DNA of 64,000 nucleotides, from NCBI RefSeq assembly GCF_964194155.1, contig NC_135890.1, forward strand, positions 107,322,001-107,386,000, read 5' to 3'. Below, piece by piece: positions 25,601-38,187 of this stretch; the first letter of the stretch is position 1, and every line of letters begins with the position of its first letter. The translations under genes and the position numbers were made by a program. The notes below the pieces were generated by a model. It ran no database searches, was not told the DNA's origin, and saw only the letters and a program-made list of their open reading frames with translations. Source of the DNA: Cetorhinus maximus (lineage: Eukaryota).

Positions 25601-27489
25601 GCAGCAAAAGATTTAAATCAATTAGATTGTTAATGGCCTTAATAGGCCTGTTAATTGTCGGTGGGCGCACAGCCAATTCCTGCACGTGCCCACCGCAAAT
25701 ATCATGCATCATTTTATGCTCGTTCAGGTCGGGTGACAAACGAGAATTCCTGCCCTAACTTTCTGTGGAGAGTTTAACTTATAAATAAACACAAATATAG
25801 CAATTCCTTCAAATACACAAGTTGGCTGACAGTGAAACTACCGACAGAACAGCGCCAATCATCCAGCAATTTATGCTGATTCCAAACTCATGGGGTTTCT
25901 CTTTCCCAGCGTGAATTGCTGGGTGATTTCCACAATAATAACAATGAGCGCCATTAAACTTGTCATTATTTTGCCAGCAAACCCCGGCCTATGGTTAATA
26001 ATTGTTTTTGGAACGGTTTTCTTTTTCAGGCCAATAATTCTTGACCCAGCTGACCCAACTGGAAATGTGGCTTTTTCTACTGGATGGTATGTCATGGTGG
26101 ATGAGGCTAATAAATGTCTGAGCATGCCATGTGTCTCTCACGTTCGAGCATGGGACGTCCAGGTAAAACGGTTTTAATAAATCATAAAGTTTTGATACAA
26201 AACAGTGTAAAATGTAGAAATTTTGTAGATTGTGTTGTTCAATCTAGGTGTTCCATCTGTCCAGAATACATAGAACCATAGGACTTAGGAGCAGGATTTG
26301 AAATTAGCTCTCAGACGCAAAGGATCATGTTCTCATTGGGGAGAATTTTCGACGAAGTCACCACCAGTCATTTTACGTGTTGGCGAGCGGGGCCCGCCCC
26401 CTCACGCTGACCCGAAGATTCAGGCCATTAATTACCTCAATCCTCCTTTGGAAACTTCATTCTTTAAAGCAAGCTGGAAATGATAGACCAGTTGCCGGGA
26501 TTTAAAGATATATATAGAGAGTCACATTAATCAGAAGCTCCCCAGGTTCAATTCTCAGTCCATACAGAGCTAGAGGATATCAACGAGGTGAAGGTGGGAG
26601 TGCTACAATTCACCTCAACACCGCTGTGGTCAAGTTGAGGAAAGAATCAGCTGGGATTCCCGCTGACCACATATTATATGTGGACAGAAATTTTTTCTCG
26701 GTTGGTGGGCGCGTGCCTGACCCGCTCAAGCATGAAATGACGCATGAGACCTTTGGCCAAATGTGCCGGGGTCAACGCGCAGTTGCGCAATATTTCGGCC
26801 AACGGGTGTGCACTGGAGCCAAAGTTCGCCCGCCGGCAATTAAGACCATTAAGTAATTAATTAACATAAATTTTTCACCGCCTGCCCAACCTAATGGCTG
26901 GCGGGCAGGCAAAAAGGCCAAGCGGCCTTTGCATTTTTTTTGGAAACCTTATCCACAGGCGGACGAGTTTTCCAAGAGCAAATAAAAATAAAATAAAATC
27001 TTTAATTTTTAATTAACAACATGTCCCTGCTTATGTGGTAGAATCACACGAGGGGACATGTTTCAGTACATTTTTAATTTTTATAATTATTTTCTTTCAT
27101 ATCTCTTACAGCTGCCTCAGGGATATTATGCAGCATTCACTCCCGCGCATTCGTGAAGTTCACACCCTTCCTGATCACTCTCCTTCCCCCCCCCCCTCAC
27201 ACAGGCAGCGTTCTTTGATGCAAGGCTCCATCTGGTCATCACAACGTCAATGCAGATATTCATCAGGACTGTAAATGGGCGTGACCTGACACTTGATGTA
27301 TCCCCAACTGACAAGGTTTTGAGCCTGAGAAATAAGATTGAATCTCTGGAGCGCCTTTCATCGAACCAATACTACCTGACCTATGGATCGATACCATTAG
27401 AAGACGGCCGCACACTGGAATCCTACGGCATTAAGCAACATTCCACCATCACCATCAACTTGCGTCTCCGTGGAGGCAAGGAGACTTGA
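13496..27489 (+). CDS. OASL: OASL copy A: OAS domain intact, UBL1 deleted, UBL2 retained (439 aa if the cryptic acceptor at 27204 is used; otherwise truncated or a pseudogene)
   Basis: Exons 13496-13669, 15780-16080, 19022-19197, 23315-23565 and 26030-26162 are all GT-AG with phases 0,1,0,2,0 joining in frame. Remnant last exon 27205?-27489. Motifs GGSSGKGT, SDADLVVF, FDILP, CFTELQRNF, YTVELL.IYAWE, RPIILDPADPT. Confidence 0.85.
15780..16080 (+). CDS. OASL: OASL copy A exon 2 (P-loop and catalytic Asp triad)
   Basis: cctcag|GGSSGKGT..SDADL..DFDILPTFDAL|gtaag. Confidence 0.93.
16642..17913. mobile_element. Non-autonomous TIR element (Harbinger-like) nested in a Penelope end (copy at 41598..42879)
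   Basis: TIRs ggcctggatttcac / gtgaaaatccaggcc with 3-bp TSD aga. Contains an internal degenerate ttgacagctggacagttc minisatellite at ~17290..17515. Confidence 0.75.
17914..18880 (-). mobile_element. Penelope-like retroelement 3' remnant with hammerhead-like motif (copy at ~42880..43840)
   Basis: NRVPLVLTYYPTSL...FPCNHSRYNAWPFTSSLLTVQ...SFQVK remnant. Minus-strand ctgatga-aaggttgacct-gaaatgtt at 17915-17950. Confidence 0.7.
19022..19197 (+). CDS. OASL: OASL copy A exon 3
   Basis: ttacag|...GEFSSCFTELQRNFVK...LKDLIRLLKYWYNQ|gtaagt. Confidence 0.92.
19285..21343 (-). mobile_element. Young 5'-truncated CR1 LINE insertion, present only in unit A
   Basis: RT motifs YMDFSKAFDKVPH and GVPQGSVLGPLLF; FADDTK follows a frameshift near 20230. 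8-bp (aaagaac)n-type tail at 19285-19304. Empty site at ~44240 in unit B. Confidence 0.93.
23315..23565 (+). CDS. OASL: OASL copy A exon 4 (not in the ORF track)
   Basis: ctctag|HVKPRESELRHGDRLPDKYTVELLAIYAWEQG...FRTVLELI...CIYWTQNY...KKLSGK|gtaat. Confidence 0.92.
24762..25560 (+). pseudogene. Degenerate duplicate of OASL exon 4 inside intron 4, split by a MITE (copy A)
   Basis: 24762-24776 plus 25409-25560 align to exon 4 (cttcctgctaagtacagagttgagctgctggctatctatgcc...). No flanking splice sites; contains an internal stop. Confidence 0.85.
24777..25405. mobile_element. MITE insertion, present only in unit A
   Basis: TIRs ggacagaaattt / aaaattcttccc with TSD atg/ata. Empty site at 47527-47530. 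Confidence 0.8.
26030..26162 (+). CDS. OASL: OASL copy A exon 5
   Basis: tttcag|RPIILDPADPTGNVA...AWDVQ|gtaaaa. Confidence 0.92.
27205..27489 (+). CDS. OASL: OASL copy A remnant last exon: end of UBL1 plus complete UBL2
   Basis: AAFFDARLHLVITTS-MQIFIRTVNG...LRLRGGKET*. The 5' boundary relies on a cryptic acceptor. Confidence 0.65.
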   Translation, partial: AAFFDARLHLVITTSMQIFIRTVNGRDLTLDVSPTDKVLSLRNKIESLERLSSNQYYLTYGSIPLEDGRTLESYGIKQHSTITINLRLRGGKET

Positions 27490-27786
27490 AAATTAATCAT
27501 GAAACTAATGACTATAAAGTGAATTTCACTATTACATAATATCAACTGAATTGAATTAGAATTAGATTTAACCATAGATAAAAAATGCATATTAACTCTT
27601 CCTGCGTCAGAGAATATGTACAAATTAAATAGAATTTGTATGCAAATGAGATAAAGCTTAAGGAAGATTTAGAGTGGATGTGATCTGCTGAATTCTGAAA
27701 CATGTTTAAATTATTTATTGAAGAAATGGCAATTAACTGGAAAACAATCATTTACATTTATTTTACATTACGTATTGGCAGCAGTT

Positions 27787-27796
27787 AATAAATAAA
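27787..27796 (+). terminator. Overlapping AATAAA polyadenylation signals of OASL A (copy B at 50625..50634)
   Basis: aataaataaa ~300 nt after the stop codon. The 3' UTR is AT-rich with several ATTTA motifs. Confidence 0.7.
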
Positions 27797-30700
27797 GCTT
27801 CTTTAAATTATTATCGATTATTTGACTGATTCTGTTCACATAGATCATGGATTCATTTACTTTAATTAGCTGTTATGAATATTTTAAGTTTGCTTACATA
27901 CTAAGGTACAGTGAATAGATTTGTGAAGTAAATTGGATGTATTACAATAACCTTAATATCACAGAGTTGTACAGCTCAGAAGGAAGCCATTAGGCCCATC
28001 ATGTCTGTGTCGGTTCTTTCAAAGAGCTATCCAATTATTCATATTCCCTTGGAAATTTCTCCTTTTCAAGTATATATCCTGTTTTCTTTTGAAGATCACT
28101 GTTGAATCTGTTTCCACAATATCGCAGTAGATGAACTATCTAATGCTGCACAATAAAGATCTTTGATAATAGTGAGCTGATCAATCAGGGCCATAACTCA
28201 TTGGGTGGAATCCTCCGGTCCTGTTGGCAGTGGGCATCATGGTGGGCGTGAGCAGACAATGTGGCGAGAAGGCCAAAAATTGGTTTTACGTCATCATGAA
28301 ACCAGTTTGCAACCATCCGCCCCACCCCCAATGGCGGGTCCGCGTTTCCCGTCGCCACACATTGGGAACCTAATTTCAATACTTTAGCATCTCATTATAA
28401 GCTTTGTTTACTGGAATCATCCAGGCGTCATCACACTGACATGTTTCACAACTCTACATAAGTAATGTGCATCTGGCGAGCTGCACTGCGCTCGGGACTT
28501 TGAGGTTTTTTGCCTACCTTGCTTAGGGCAACACTTGTGGTCATCAGTGCCAGGCTTTGCAGGCTGCACCACATCTCTTTTAGGGGGTGCTCACGGGCAG
28601 GTTTATAGCTACCAGATCTGCTGTAAGGCGGAGGTGGCTTTTCAATGGCTGCAGGGCTAGGGCTTGCTTGGGGGAGGGGGAGAACTCAGACAAGGAAAGA
28701 GGCTGATGGGCGAAGGCTGTACTGGGGAAGGAGGGTATCCAGGGATACGTGTGGGGCTACACGTTGATCAAGATGGTTAGGGCTGAGGAGGCAGTCTCCA
28801 GAGGAGATGAGGCCAGATGGAAATGTGAGGGTCTGTGTGAGAGAGTGAGTGGTGATGTCCCTTGAGCTCGCAGTGAGTGAGATGCTGGTGAGTGTGTGAC
28901 TGCCTTGTGAGTGTGAGAGTTTAGAGCGATAAGATGGTTGCCTTACCCTGGTGGCACAGATCAGATCATTCATCCTCTTTCTGCACTGGATGGCCAACCT
29001 CACCTGAGCAGCATTGGCACTGACCACCATTGCCAATGCCTCCCAAGCCGGAGTGGTGAGGTTGGTGGACCTCCTGTGACCAGAGCGGGAGAGTGGAGGA
29101 CATCACGTGGGTCTACAAAATGCATTCGATTCACTGAACTCTTCATGGGTTTCAGGGCCATGTCTTCACTGGAGCAGTCCTGGGCTGCAAGCATTGAGGA
29201 TTGTGTGTGCGCCTGCAGTTTAGATATGGCACCAAGAGTGAGGAAATGGAGAGGTAATGGTGTGGCAGGCGATTCATAGGCCACACACCAGCGAGACAGC
29301 GCGTTTCCTGTGGCTGCTTATTTTAAAGAGGCGGGAAGTGGAAGATATGGCACGAAAACCCTCCATTACGGCCAGCAGGCAAAATATCAGTTTTCACACC
29401 CACCACTGCACTTAGTGCAAATCTGGGATGATTCTGCCTATTCATTAATAAGATTTGCCTCTGGGTTTCCAGATCATATTTAGTGAGTAACTAACCTTTT
29501 ACTTCATGCCTATAAAGGCTCTCCTGACTTTCTCTTCCTTACCTTGTTGGATTTAACGTAAAGGGTTTCACCTACCGGCCAATCATTCTCTTACCTTTAA
29601 TTTTCAAACAAAAAGCAAAATACTGCAGATGCTGGAAATGTGAAAACGTGTAGAAAATGCTGGAAACACTCAACGGGTCAGAGAGCATCGGTGGACGCAA
29701 GTGTCCACTTTGGTTTCTGACCTTCTTGTGAAAGTTGAAAATTGAAAGCTAGGCCAAGAGCAGCCTTTAACAAGGACAGGACATAGAGAGGGGGAAGAAT
29801 AGAAATACAATGATAAAAAAAAACAGGAAATAGTTAAATGGCAGAATTGATAAAAGGATGAGACTTCAGGAGATGTAACGAGACATATGAAAGACAGATG
29901 TGGAAAACAATTTTTTGTTATTCATTCACAGGACGTGGGCTTCGCTGGCTAGGCCAGCATTTTTACTGGCCATCCCTAATTGCCCTAGAGTAGATTATGA
30001 TGAAAGGTCATTGTGTTGAAACGTTAACTCTGCTTTTCTCTCTCCACAGATGCTGCCTGACCTGCTGAGTATTGCCAGCATTTTCTGGTTTTATTTCACA
30101 TTTCCAGTATCTGCAGTAGTTGCTCTTGTGGAGAGGTGTGGAAAGTGTGTGAACAGTTTTCAAAAATGTGAGGATGAGGCAGGTAGAAAGGGAAGCACAA
30201 AAAATTCACAAAGTACAGATGCAAGCAATTGGATTACACACATCGTACTGATCTAGTGTCACCTGTTTCTGAACTTTTGGGCAATCGATACAAGGGCAAC
30301 GTGAGGGAGAGCTTTTTTACACAGCAAGATGGTGATGCACTGGAACTCACTGCCTACCAGGATGGTGAAAGCAGGGGTGATCAGTGATTGTAAAAGGAAA
30401 TTGGATCAGCAGTTGAGGGATATAAACTTGCAGGGCTACAGGGATAGAATGGGGACTGACTGGGTTACTCTACAAAGAACCAGCATAGACTGGATGGGCT
30501 CAATAGCCTCTTCTCTGTGTCCTAATGATCCCAAATCTATATTTAATATTGCTTCCCAGTTACAAGGGTGGAATTTGTACCTGGTTATGATTTGGTTGGT
30601 ATGCATATATTTCTTGTATTAATTATTCATCACTAACTTCATTGTCTATATGTCTTCTTGTGGGGATTAATCCTTTCCATTGAAATTTCAATAAAATTTG

Positions 30701-33700
30701 CAAATCTGCCTTCCCAATGCCTTCTCAAGGCATTCTCACTAAAACCATGTTTTGGGTTGGCTCTCATAACACTGAGCTGTGCATCCACCACATTCAAATA
30801 ATACAATCAAACTGTCACTTACTGGAATCCCCATGGTGTGAAAATTAGGAATTTGAAGCTCAATTGACCGGATCCCCAAAGACTTCTTGGATTGGCCCTT
30901 TGGCAAGCTGATCAAAACAATGGGCTCTCAAATAGGATATCAAAGTAGTACCTCCTACAGTGTTCACTCCCTCAATACTAGACCCTAGTCTAGAATAGTG
31001 CTTCCCAAACTATCTTCCAATTTGATTCTACTTGAACACATGAAATTTAACACGATCCCAGGTACAACAAAAACAAAACAGCAATAAAGCTGCGTAGCAA
31101 CATTCAGTACCTAATTAGTAAAGTTTGCATATTATATAGATCATATAATACGTCGTATAAAAATGAAAATCTGTGCTTGTAAAGTACTTTGTAAAAATGT
31201 TATTGTTTTATGTACTCACCGGTCCATTACTTCATCTGTGCTGCTCCAGCTCATGGGCCTTGGCTAGGAAGCAGCAGAAGTACAGGTTAAGGGTCTTGAG
31301 GTGGCTGATGTTGATGAGGTGGTTACACAGCGCCAGGGTGATGGATTTGCACTCAGCCAGGCAACAGCTCAGGCCACCAGGTTCATGGTTGGCGATGGAT
31401 TTGAGACTCAGTGAATCGGCCATAGGCAGTAGTCACTGGCTTATAGGGGAGACTGAGTGACGAATATGGCAAGGGCAGTGCCTGATGCTGCCTGCGTCTC
31501 AGTGCAGTTGCTGGGTACAGTCTCAGAGGAGGGGGGAGATCGATCTGGGCTTCACACTGGTGGTGTTTTGAGCAAAGCACATCACCCACAGCTTCAGGCC
31601 CGCCACCCCCCACCACCCCCCACCACCCCTCACCACCAACCAACCCCCACCCACCCCCACCCACCCTCACCTCAACACCATCAAATTTAATCACGTAAGA
31701 TCATAAGAAATAGGAACAGAAGTAGGCCCAACCATTCAATAAGTTAATGGCTGATTGAACTGCGCTTTTAAGTCCACTTTCCTACCTGCCTTCTATAGCC
31801 CTTGACTCCCTTGTCAATCGAAAAATTGTCTTGATGTGATTATCAGGTTAGGATTTGTGTTAACATTGCAGTTTAGCTGGAATAATGGGGTTTCCTTTCA
31901 GCCAGGTAGTCATCTATCTGGGATGACCCAGGGCAAATCCTGTCACTTTGTATTGTGAGACATTGAGTTAAACTGATTAACAATCAATCTGGTAAAATGG
32001 CTAGCATCTGGAGGTTTGGTGATAATCTCACTTCAATATACATATACATCCCTCACAACCCCACTCACTAGTTTGTGAACTGCTGGTCTAAAATATGTGC
32101 TGAAGTTGGATTTATTGCACAGTTTTCTGACACGATGCATCTATGGCACATCTACTACTGAAATACAGCCTGAATAAATTATATTAGCCTGAGCAATTCT
32201 ATTATCATTCATTTTTCAATTCATTTATGGGATGTGGGCCTCGCTGGCTAGACCATCACCTATTGCCCATCCCTAATTGCCCTTGAGAAGTGGTGATGAG
32301 CTGCTTTCTTGAATCACTGCAGCCCATGTGGTATAGGTACACCCACAGTGCTGTTAAGGAGGGTGGTAATGGTAGAGTGTGGGATATGCTGGGCCGTACA
32401 ATTCTGGTGCTGCTGGTGGCCCACAGAGCCTGCTGTCCAGTCTTGACCTGTTTGAAATCTAGACCATTTAGCAAAGCGGTAGAGCCACACAACACAATGG
32501 GGTGTATCCTCTTTGTGATGATGGGACTTTGTCTCTGCATGGACTGTGCTGTGGTCACTCCTACCACTACCATCATGGACAGATGCATTGGCAGCATGCT
32601 GGTGAAGATGAGGTCAAGTACATTTTTCCCCCTCTTCTTGGCTCCCACACCAACTGCCCGCTGCCCAGTCTAGCAGCTATGTTCTTTAGGACTCAGCCAG
32701 CTTGGTTTGTGCTGCTGCTTCCAAGCATTGAAGCCCCTCACCAGGATTCCCCTCAGACCTTTCTCCAAATGGTGTTCAACATTCAGCAGGAGTTCTCCTT
32801 GCCCCTGTCATGCCATGAGACTTCATGGGGGTGCTGGAGTCAAGGTTGACGACTCAACCATATACCACTGTGCCAGCAGGCCTGACGGATCTGTCCTGTC
32901 GGTGGGATTTGAGGTTCCCTGGAGCATTAGCCTGGGTCGTTGGATTACTAGTATAGTGAAAATATCACTATGCCGCCGCCTCCCCTGTACAAAGCTTCAT
33001 TCTTTCCGGCCTGTTGCAATACAACCAATTTTAATAACTTCGCTTTGTTGACACAAGATTCCTTTTTTATGTATTTACCAGTTTCCATATTACACATGTT
33101 CTCATCTCTATACTGAATTTCTTTAATGTCCTTCCTGGTGTTTTCCTAAACTTCAACCTCCATCCACATAAAGTGCAGATAATTGTTTTCAGTCAGAAAT
33201 TATAATCATTCTTTTATCTGCCGAATGCATAATCTATGACTCTGTGACTATCATGCACTCATTCTGATTCAGCCCCTATGATGAAAGGCATTGACTTTAT
33301 TTTATACCCCCTGTGACACCTCAACTGTAAGGAAACAGGGAAGGGATTACAGTGATGTGGCTGGTATAGCACGATGGCATCTCCACATTGGTAACAGTGA
33401 TGTAAATTATATAATTCTAGTTTTTGTACAGGTTGAGGAGAAGTTACAAAAACTGAATTTGGCCACACAATGTCCTGTGTCCTGAGCAGTGATCCATAGA
33501 CAAGTGCTTGATGGCCAGCACAGATACGATGGGCCGAAGCGTCTGTTTCTGTGCTGTATAACCACATGACGCTATGACTCTAATACTATATTTCCTGGGC
33601 AGGTGCCTGAGTTGAGTGTTTGGAGTTTGTTTATGTGAGATTTGGGGAGAGTGAGGGAAGGTGAAGGTGAGGTTGATCAGCCCTGATTTGAATGGCAGAG

Positions 33701-36700
33701 CTGGTTCAAAGGACTAAACCTCTACTCCTTCTGATGTTCTTGTTTGATTTGGCAGTGCAGCAATATTGTCAAAAGCTCGCCAAATGAAAGATTGCTTCTA
33801 TTCTGAACTGATAGTGAGGGTGATGACAGATTGAAATACAAATCTAGAGCTAACGCAAAGGGGCAGAGGAATCAGTTCTCCTCTTAAAAATTAATTTAGA
33901 CATTTTGGCCGAGATAATCATCTTATCCTGATGTAACATGTAACTGAGCTAGAGAAGCTCTCCACCAAAAGTGCGCCCTCAAAATGGCTGCTGTATTCCC
34001 CTTCCACATTCTGGAAGCAAATTAACTCTTGCAATTAAATGAAACAAGGGAGTGGGGTTCCCCATATTTTCCTTTCTTTGTGCCCGGTTACCATCCCTGA
34101 AAATCAGCACCAATTTACCAGTGGCAATTCTTAACCAATCAGAGATTGGGAAGATGAAGAGGAGAAAGGTGCAGGAGGCCAATCAGGATGAAGATGCCGA
34201 GAAGTAAGGTGGGTCCAAACACCTCATGACCATCAAACAGGTGCGAGCACTGATCCTTGCAGCACCCAGCTAGTTACATCCTGCCAACCAGAAAATGGCC
34301 CGTTTATTGCTACTCTCTGTTTTCTGACCATTAACCAATTCTCAGTTCATGTAAAATATTAGCCCCAATCTCATGAGCCCCAATCTTTTGAAATAAACTC
34401 TTGGGTGGCATCTTATCGAATGCCTTTGGAAAATCCAATTAAAATAAATCCACTGGTTCCCCCTCATCTACCCTGCTACTCAGAACCTCAACAAACTTTA
34501 ACAAATATATAGAACACAATTTCCCTTTCATAGTTCCATGCTGATTTTGACCAATCAAATTATGATTTTCTAAGTGCCCCATTATCATTTTGCTGATAAT
34601 AAATTGCCGCACGTTCCTTACTGTTGTCGTCAGACGTCTACTCCTCCCTGTTTCTATCTCCTTTCGTTTCTTCAATAGTTGGGTTATGTTTGATCGTTCC
34701 AATCCATGAGGACTGTTTGAGTATCTATGGAATCGTGCAAGACCCAATGCGCCCACTATCTCTGTAGCCAGATCTATTAAACCCTAGGAAGACGGCGATG
34801 GGTCCAGGGAATCTGTTACCTTTTAGTCCCATGAATTTCTCTAGCACTTTTTTCAGGATACTATTAGAGTAATGCTGCGGACTTTAATCTTCATAGCGAC
34901 TGGATAAAATAAATCTGCTGTAGTAATGTGGGGGATAAGGTTATAGAATGCAGTCAAAAATGTTTTCTAGATCAGTGTCAGCAACCAGCCACAAGGAGAG
35001 GCCCCTAATTGTGGCACTAGATAGGGAACACAATCTTAGGGACTCCTGGCTGTGGCTCCAGAGAACAGTATGCATCTCTCTGATTTTACTGTCCTCTGCC
35101 ATTACCACATTCCTCCCCCACAGCCAACACTCAATGTAAATGGCCTCATGTATCATGGTGATGTGGTCTGTTTTCTCAACACCAGATGTTTTTGTCATTC
35201 AGACAGGCTGCAGTGAGCCCATGCCTGTTAGATAAGGACAATGGCTGAGGTCCCCTGCACTGCACGATTGTGCTATGCTGTCTATGTTCCTATTTTCTTA
35301 TCCACCTTGTGTCTCATTACCGACCTGACCCACAGTCACACCCTCCTGTCCCTGACCACTAATTAGACACTATGGGGCACTACCTAATGTAAGGAGTGTG
35401 ACTGCCTCTTGGATGAAGTGTCCAGCTAACAGTCTTGCTCCCTAATGCCCCACAATGCCTGCATCTCGGACTCCAGCTCAACAAATCCAAGGTTGTACTT
35501 CCTTGGGATTCAGACACTTACTGTGGATGTGGTTGTCAGCAATTGCAATGCTGTCCACAAACTCCCACATGCTGCTGTTGTGGGAAAGCACCTGCACTGT
35601 CATCGCTTGCAGTCATTGGCACCACTCCAAAAAAAAACACAACTGCTCTGATCTGAGAGCCTCTTGTTGAATCTTGTGGCTGCATTGAGTTTCTGGAATG
35701 TCTCAGTCACTAGGGTGTCCCTGACATTATGCCACACCTCCAGCATTGCATTGCAATGTGGGTGTGGTCTCTCATGATTCACCTTTAGCACTGCATGGGA
35801 AAACACCGTCTCCAATGGCTGCATGAGATGTATGCTCACGAAACATTGATCTGTTAAAGCCTGTACCCTGATATCTTTGCGTTTGGTTCCTTCACCAAGG
35901 AAGAGGTTTCTGTCCCCTCCAGGAAGAGGTTTCTGTCCCCTCCAGGGAGAGACAACTGTTTCTGCTCTGTCTGCTCCCTGGTGCTCCGAGAATCACTGAC
36001 TGATTACCTTCCACCTCAGTAATTCCCTTGTCTCAAGTAAGTGCATCGGGACAGGTGTTTGAATAAGCAAGTTGTCTCTTGGAATTTTCTAGTATTCAAA
36101 ATAGGTGGTTGAAATAAAGATAATTAGAAAAGCTTTTTTTTCATAATTACTAAATGTAACCAGCATGAACTTAATTTTTATAAAAATTGCTGCCTTAATT
36201 AATATTCTTAGTTGATAGCTCAGTAAAGAATCAATGCAGATATGATTAGCCAATAGTTCTGTGTTGTAAACCTTTATCGTTCTCACGAAAATCTGAGTAT
36301 TTGATATTTTTACCCAAAGCTGTGATGCTGTGAGAACCATTGAGATTGTCCAGTCTGAGCATGTGCAGACTGAATGTTTTGGTACAATTTGTTCATCGGC
36401 TCACCGGCTGCCTCTGTTCCTGATCCCATCAGGGCCTAAAAATCATGCCAGGATTCTCTAACATATCATGCGAAAGGCCACAGAAGATCAACCAGTTCAA
36501 TATAATTAATATAATTAAACAGTGGAAAATATGGGCTGGTGATCTGGGCTGGTGTGATTCTTCAATATTGTCCATAGGTGTCTCATTCATAGCTGATTCT
36601 CCCATCAACACTTGGATGGGTAAATCAACATAAACTGCGTTTAAATATGGATTAACGATGTGATGCAGGGAAAGCCACAGACAATTCAGACAGATAGAAA

Positions 36701-38187
36701 CACACATTTCAATTTTTATTAAAATGGACAACTTTACTTTCAAATCACATTGGGTATTTTGACAAACACAATGTGCAGACCTGATATCCTCTGCTCTTAC
36801 ACAACACTAAGCAACCAGACCCTTCCTCTAGCATCGACATGGTGCATCCTGTGTCACTTCAGCCGAGGTAGAGACAGGCTGTTCAGATCAGTGTTGGAAA
36901 TTTTTGGCCAGCTTTGCATTCACACTGATCCTCCAGCTGAACACCACTCCACTACTCGTGTTCTGATGGGAGTTCCAACCTGTATCTTACCCTCTCCTCC
37001 TCCAACAATGGAAACAGCAGCATAGCCATATCACAGCCATATCACATTACTGGCACTAAAGCTCTGAGGAAAATTGGAGCTGTAGTTAAAGTCTCAAGTT
37101 GTTAAAACCAAAGGGCTACATTGTGCCTGAATGAAATGTTGTTCCTCAAGCTTATGTTGGGCTTTGGAATGCTTTAGAAGGCCAAAGACAGAGTGGTCAG
37201 AGTGTGTGTGGAAATGGAATAGAATGGCAAGTGACAGGGAGTTTGGTGTTACACTTGTCAGCAGAATAGAGGCATTCAGCAAAGCGATTGGCCAATCTGC
37301 TGCTGGTTTCCCTAATACAGAGGAGGCTGCACCATAAGCAGCCATCGCTGTGTATTAGGTTGGAGGAAGTACATGTGAATTGCTGTCTCACACAGAAACA
37401 GCGTTTAGGGATTGAACTGTGGTGATGGAGGAAGTGAAAGGCCATTTGTTACATCTTTTGAACTCGAATGGGAAGATGCCAGGGGAAGGCAAATACATGA
37501 TAGGAGTGATGGAAGAGTGAAGCAGAATGTAATAGAGGGAACAGTCCCTTTGTGGCATGGGGAGGGGAGGGGTTGGGAAGTTGTGTTTGGTGCTGGGTTC
37601 GCTTAGAGGGGTCAGAAATGACAGAAGGTGATCTATCAACTGAGGTCAGGCAAGGCTCAGCTTTAGTGCCCACTGATCATAAGCGTCTAACCTCAGAAGT
37701 GAGGACCTGAAGGATTGGTGGCATCCCAGTCTGACAGAGGAATAGGGCACAAAATAAAAGAATAAAGGGAAGACAGATGGAAATGTGGATCCAGATAATT
37801 CAATACTGTGGCTGCTGTTATCTTCTGAAGGCAGGCATGTCATCAACACAGTGGGAGGGATTCCAACTTTATAGTTAGATTCTTTTCCAACAAATGTCCA
37901 CTGGGTTTATAGAGGAACTTTACAAATGTGTTTTCTTGGCAGCTTCCCCCACAGCATCACACTATCAAATCAGCACAGATCACAAATTTAAGTTGTGGGT
38001 AGGAAGGAAGTGGCAATTATATTTTCCATGACATTCCTACATTACAACAGTGACTGTAGTTAAAAGTACTTCTATGGCTGTAAATGCTGGTGCATTGCCT
38101 GTGGTCGTGAAAGGTGCTTTATAAATACAAGTCTGTTCTTTTAGCTCATGATCACTATGGGCGTTTACAGACAGCTGTGGAACTGGA

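Larger units (their letters stand above)
1..28026. repeat. Segmental tandem duplication, unit A (phase set arbitrarily by the window start)
   Basis: ctatccaattattcatattccctt at 1 recurs at 28027 and 50865. Paralogous ORF-track entries are colinear (e.g. 2016/30050/52908 and 13484/38448/63199). Confidence 0.97.

Noticed and set aside
27250-27489. Stand-alone 79-aa ubiquitin-like gene
   Set aside because: It is UBL2 of OASL exon 6, as shown by alignment to 50087..50326. There is no evidence of its own promoter.
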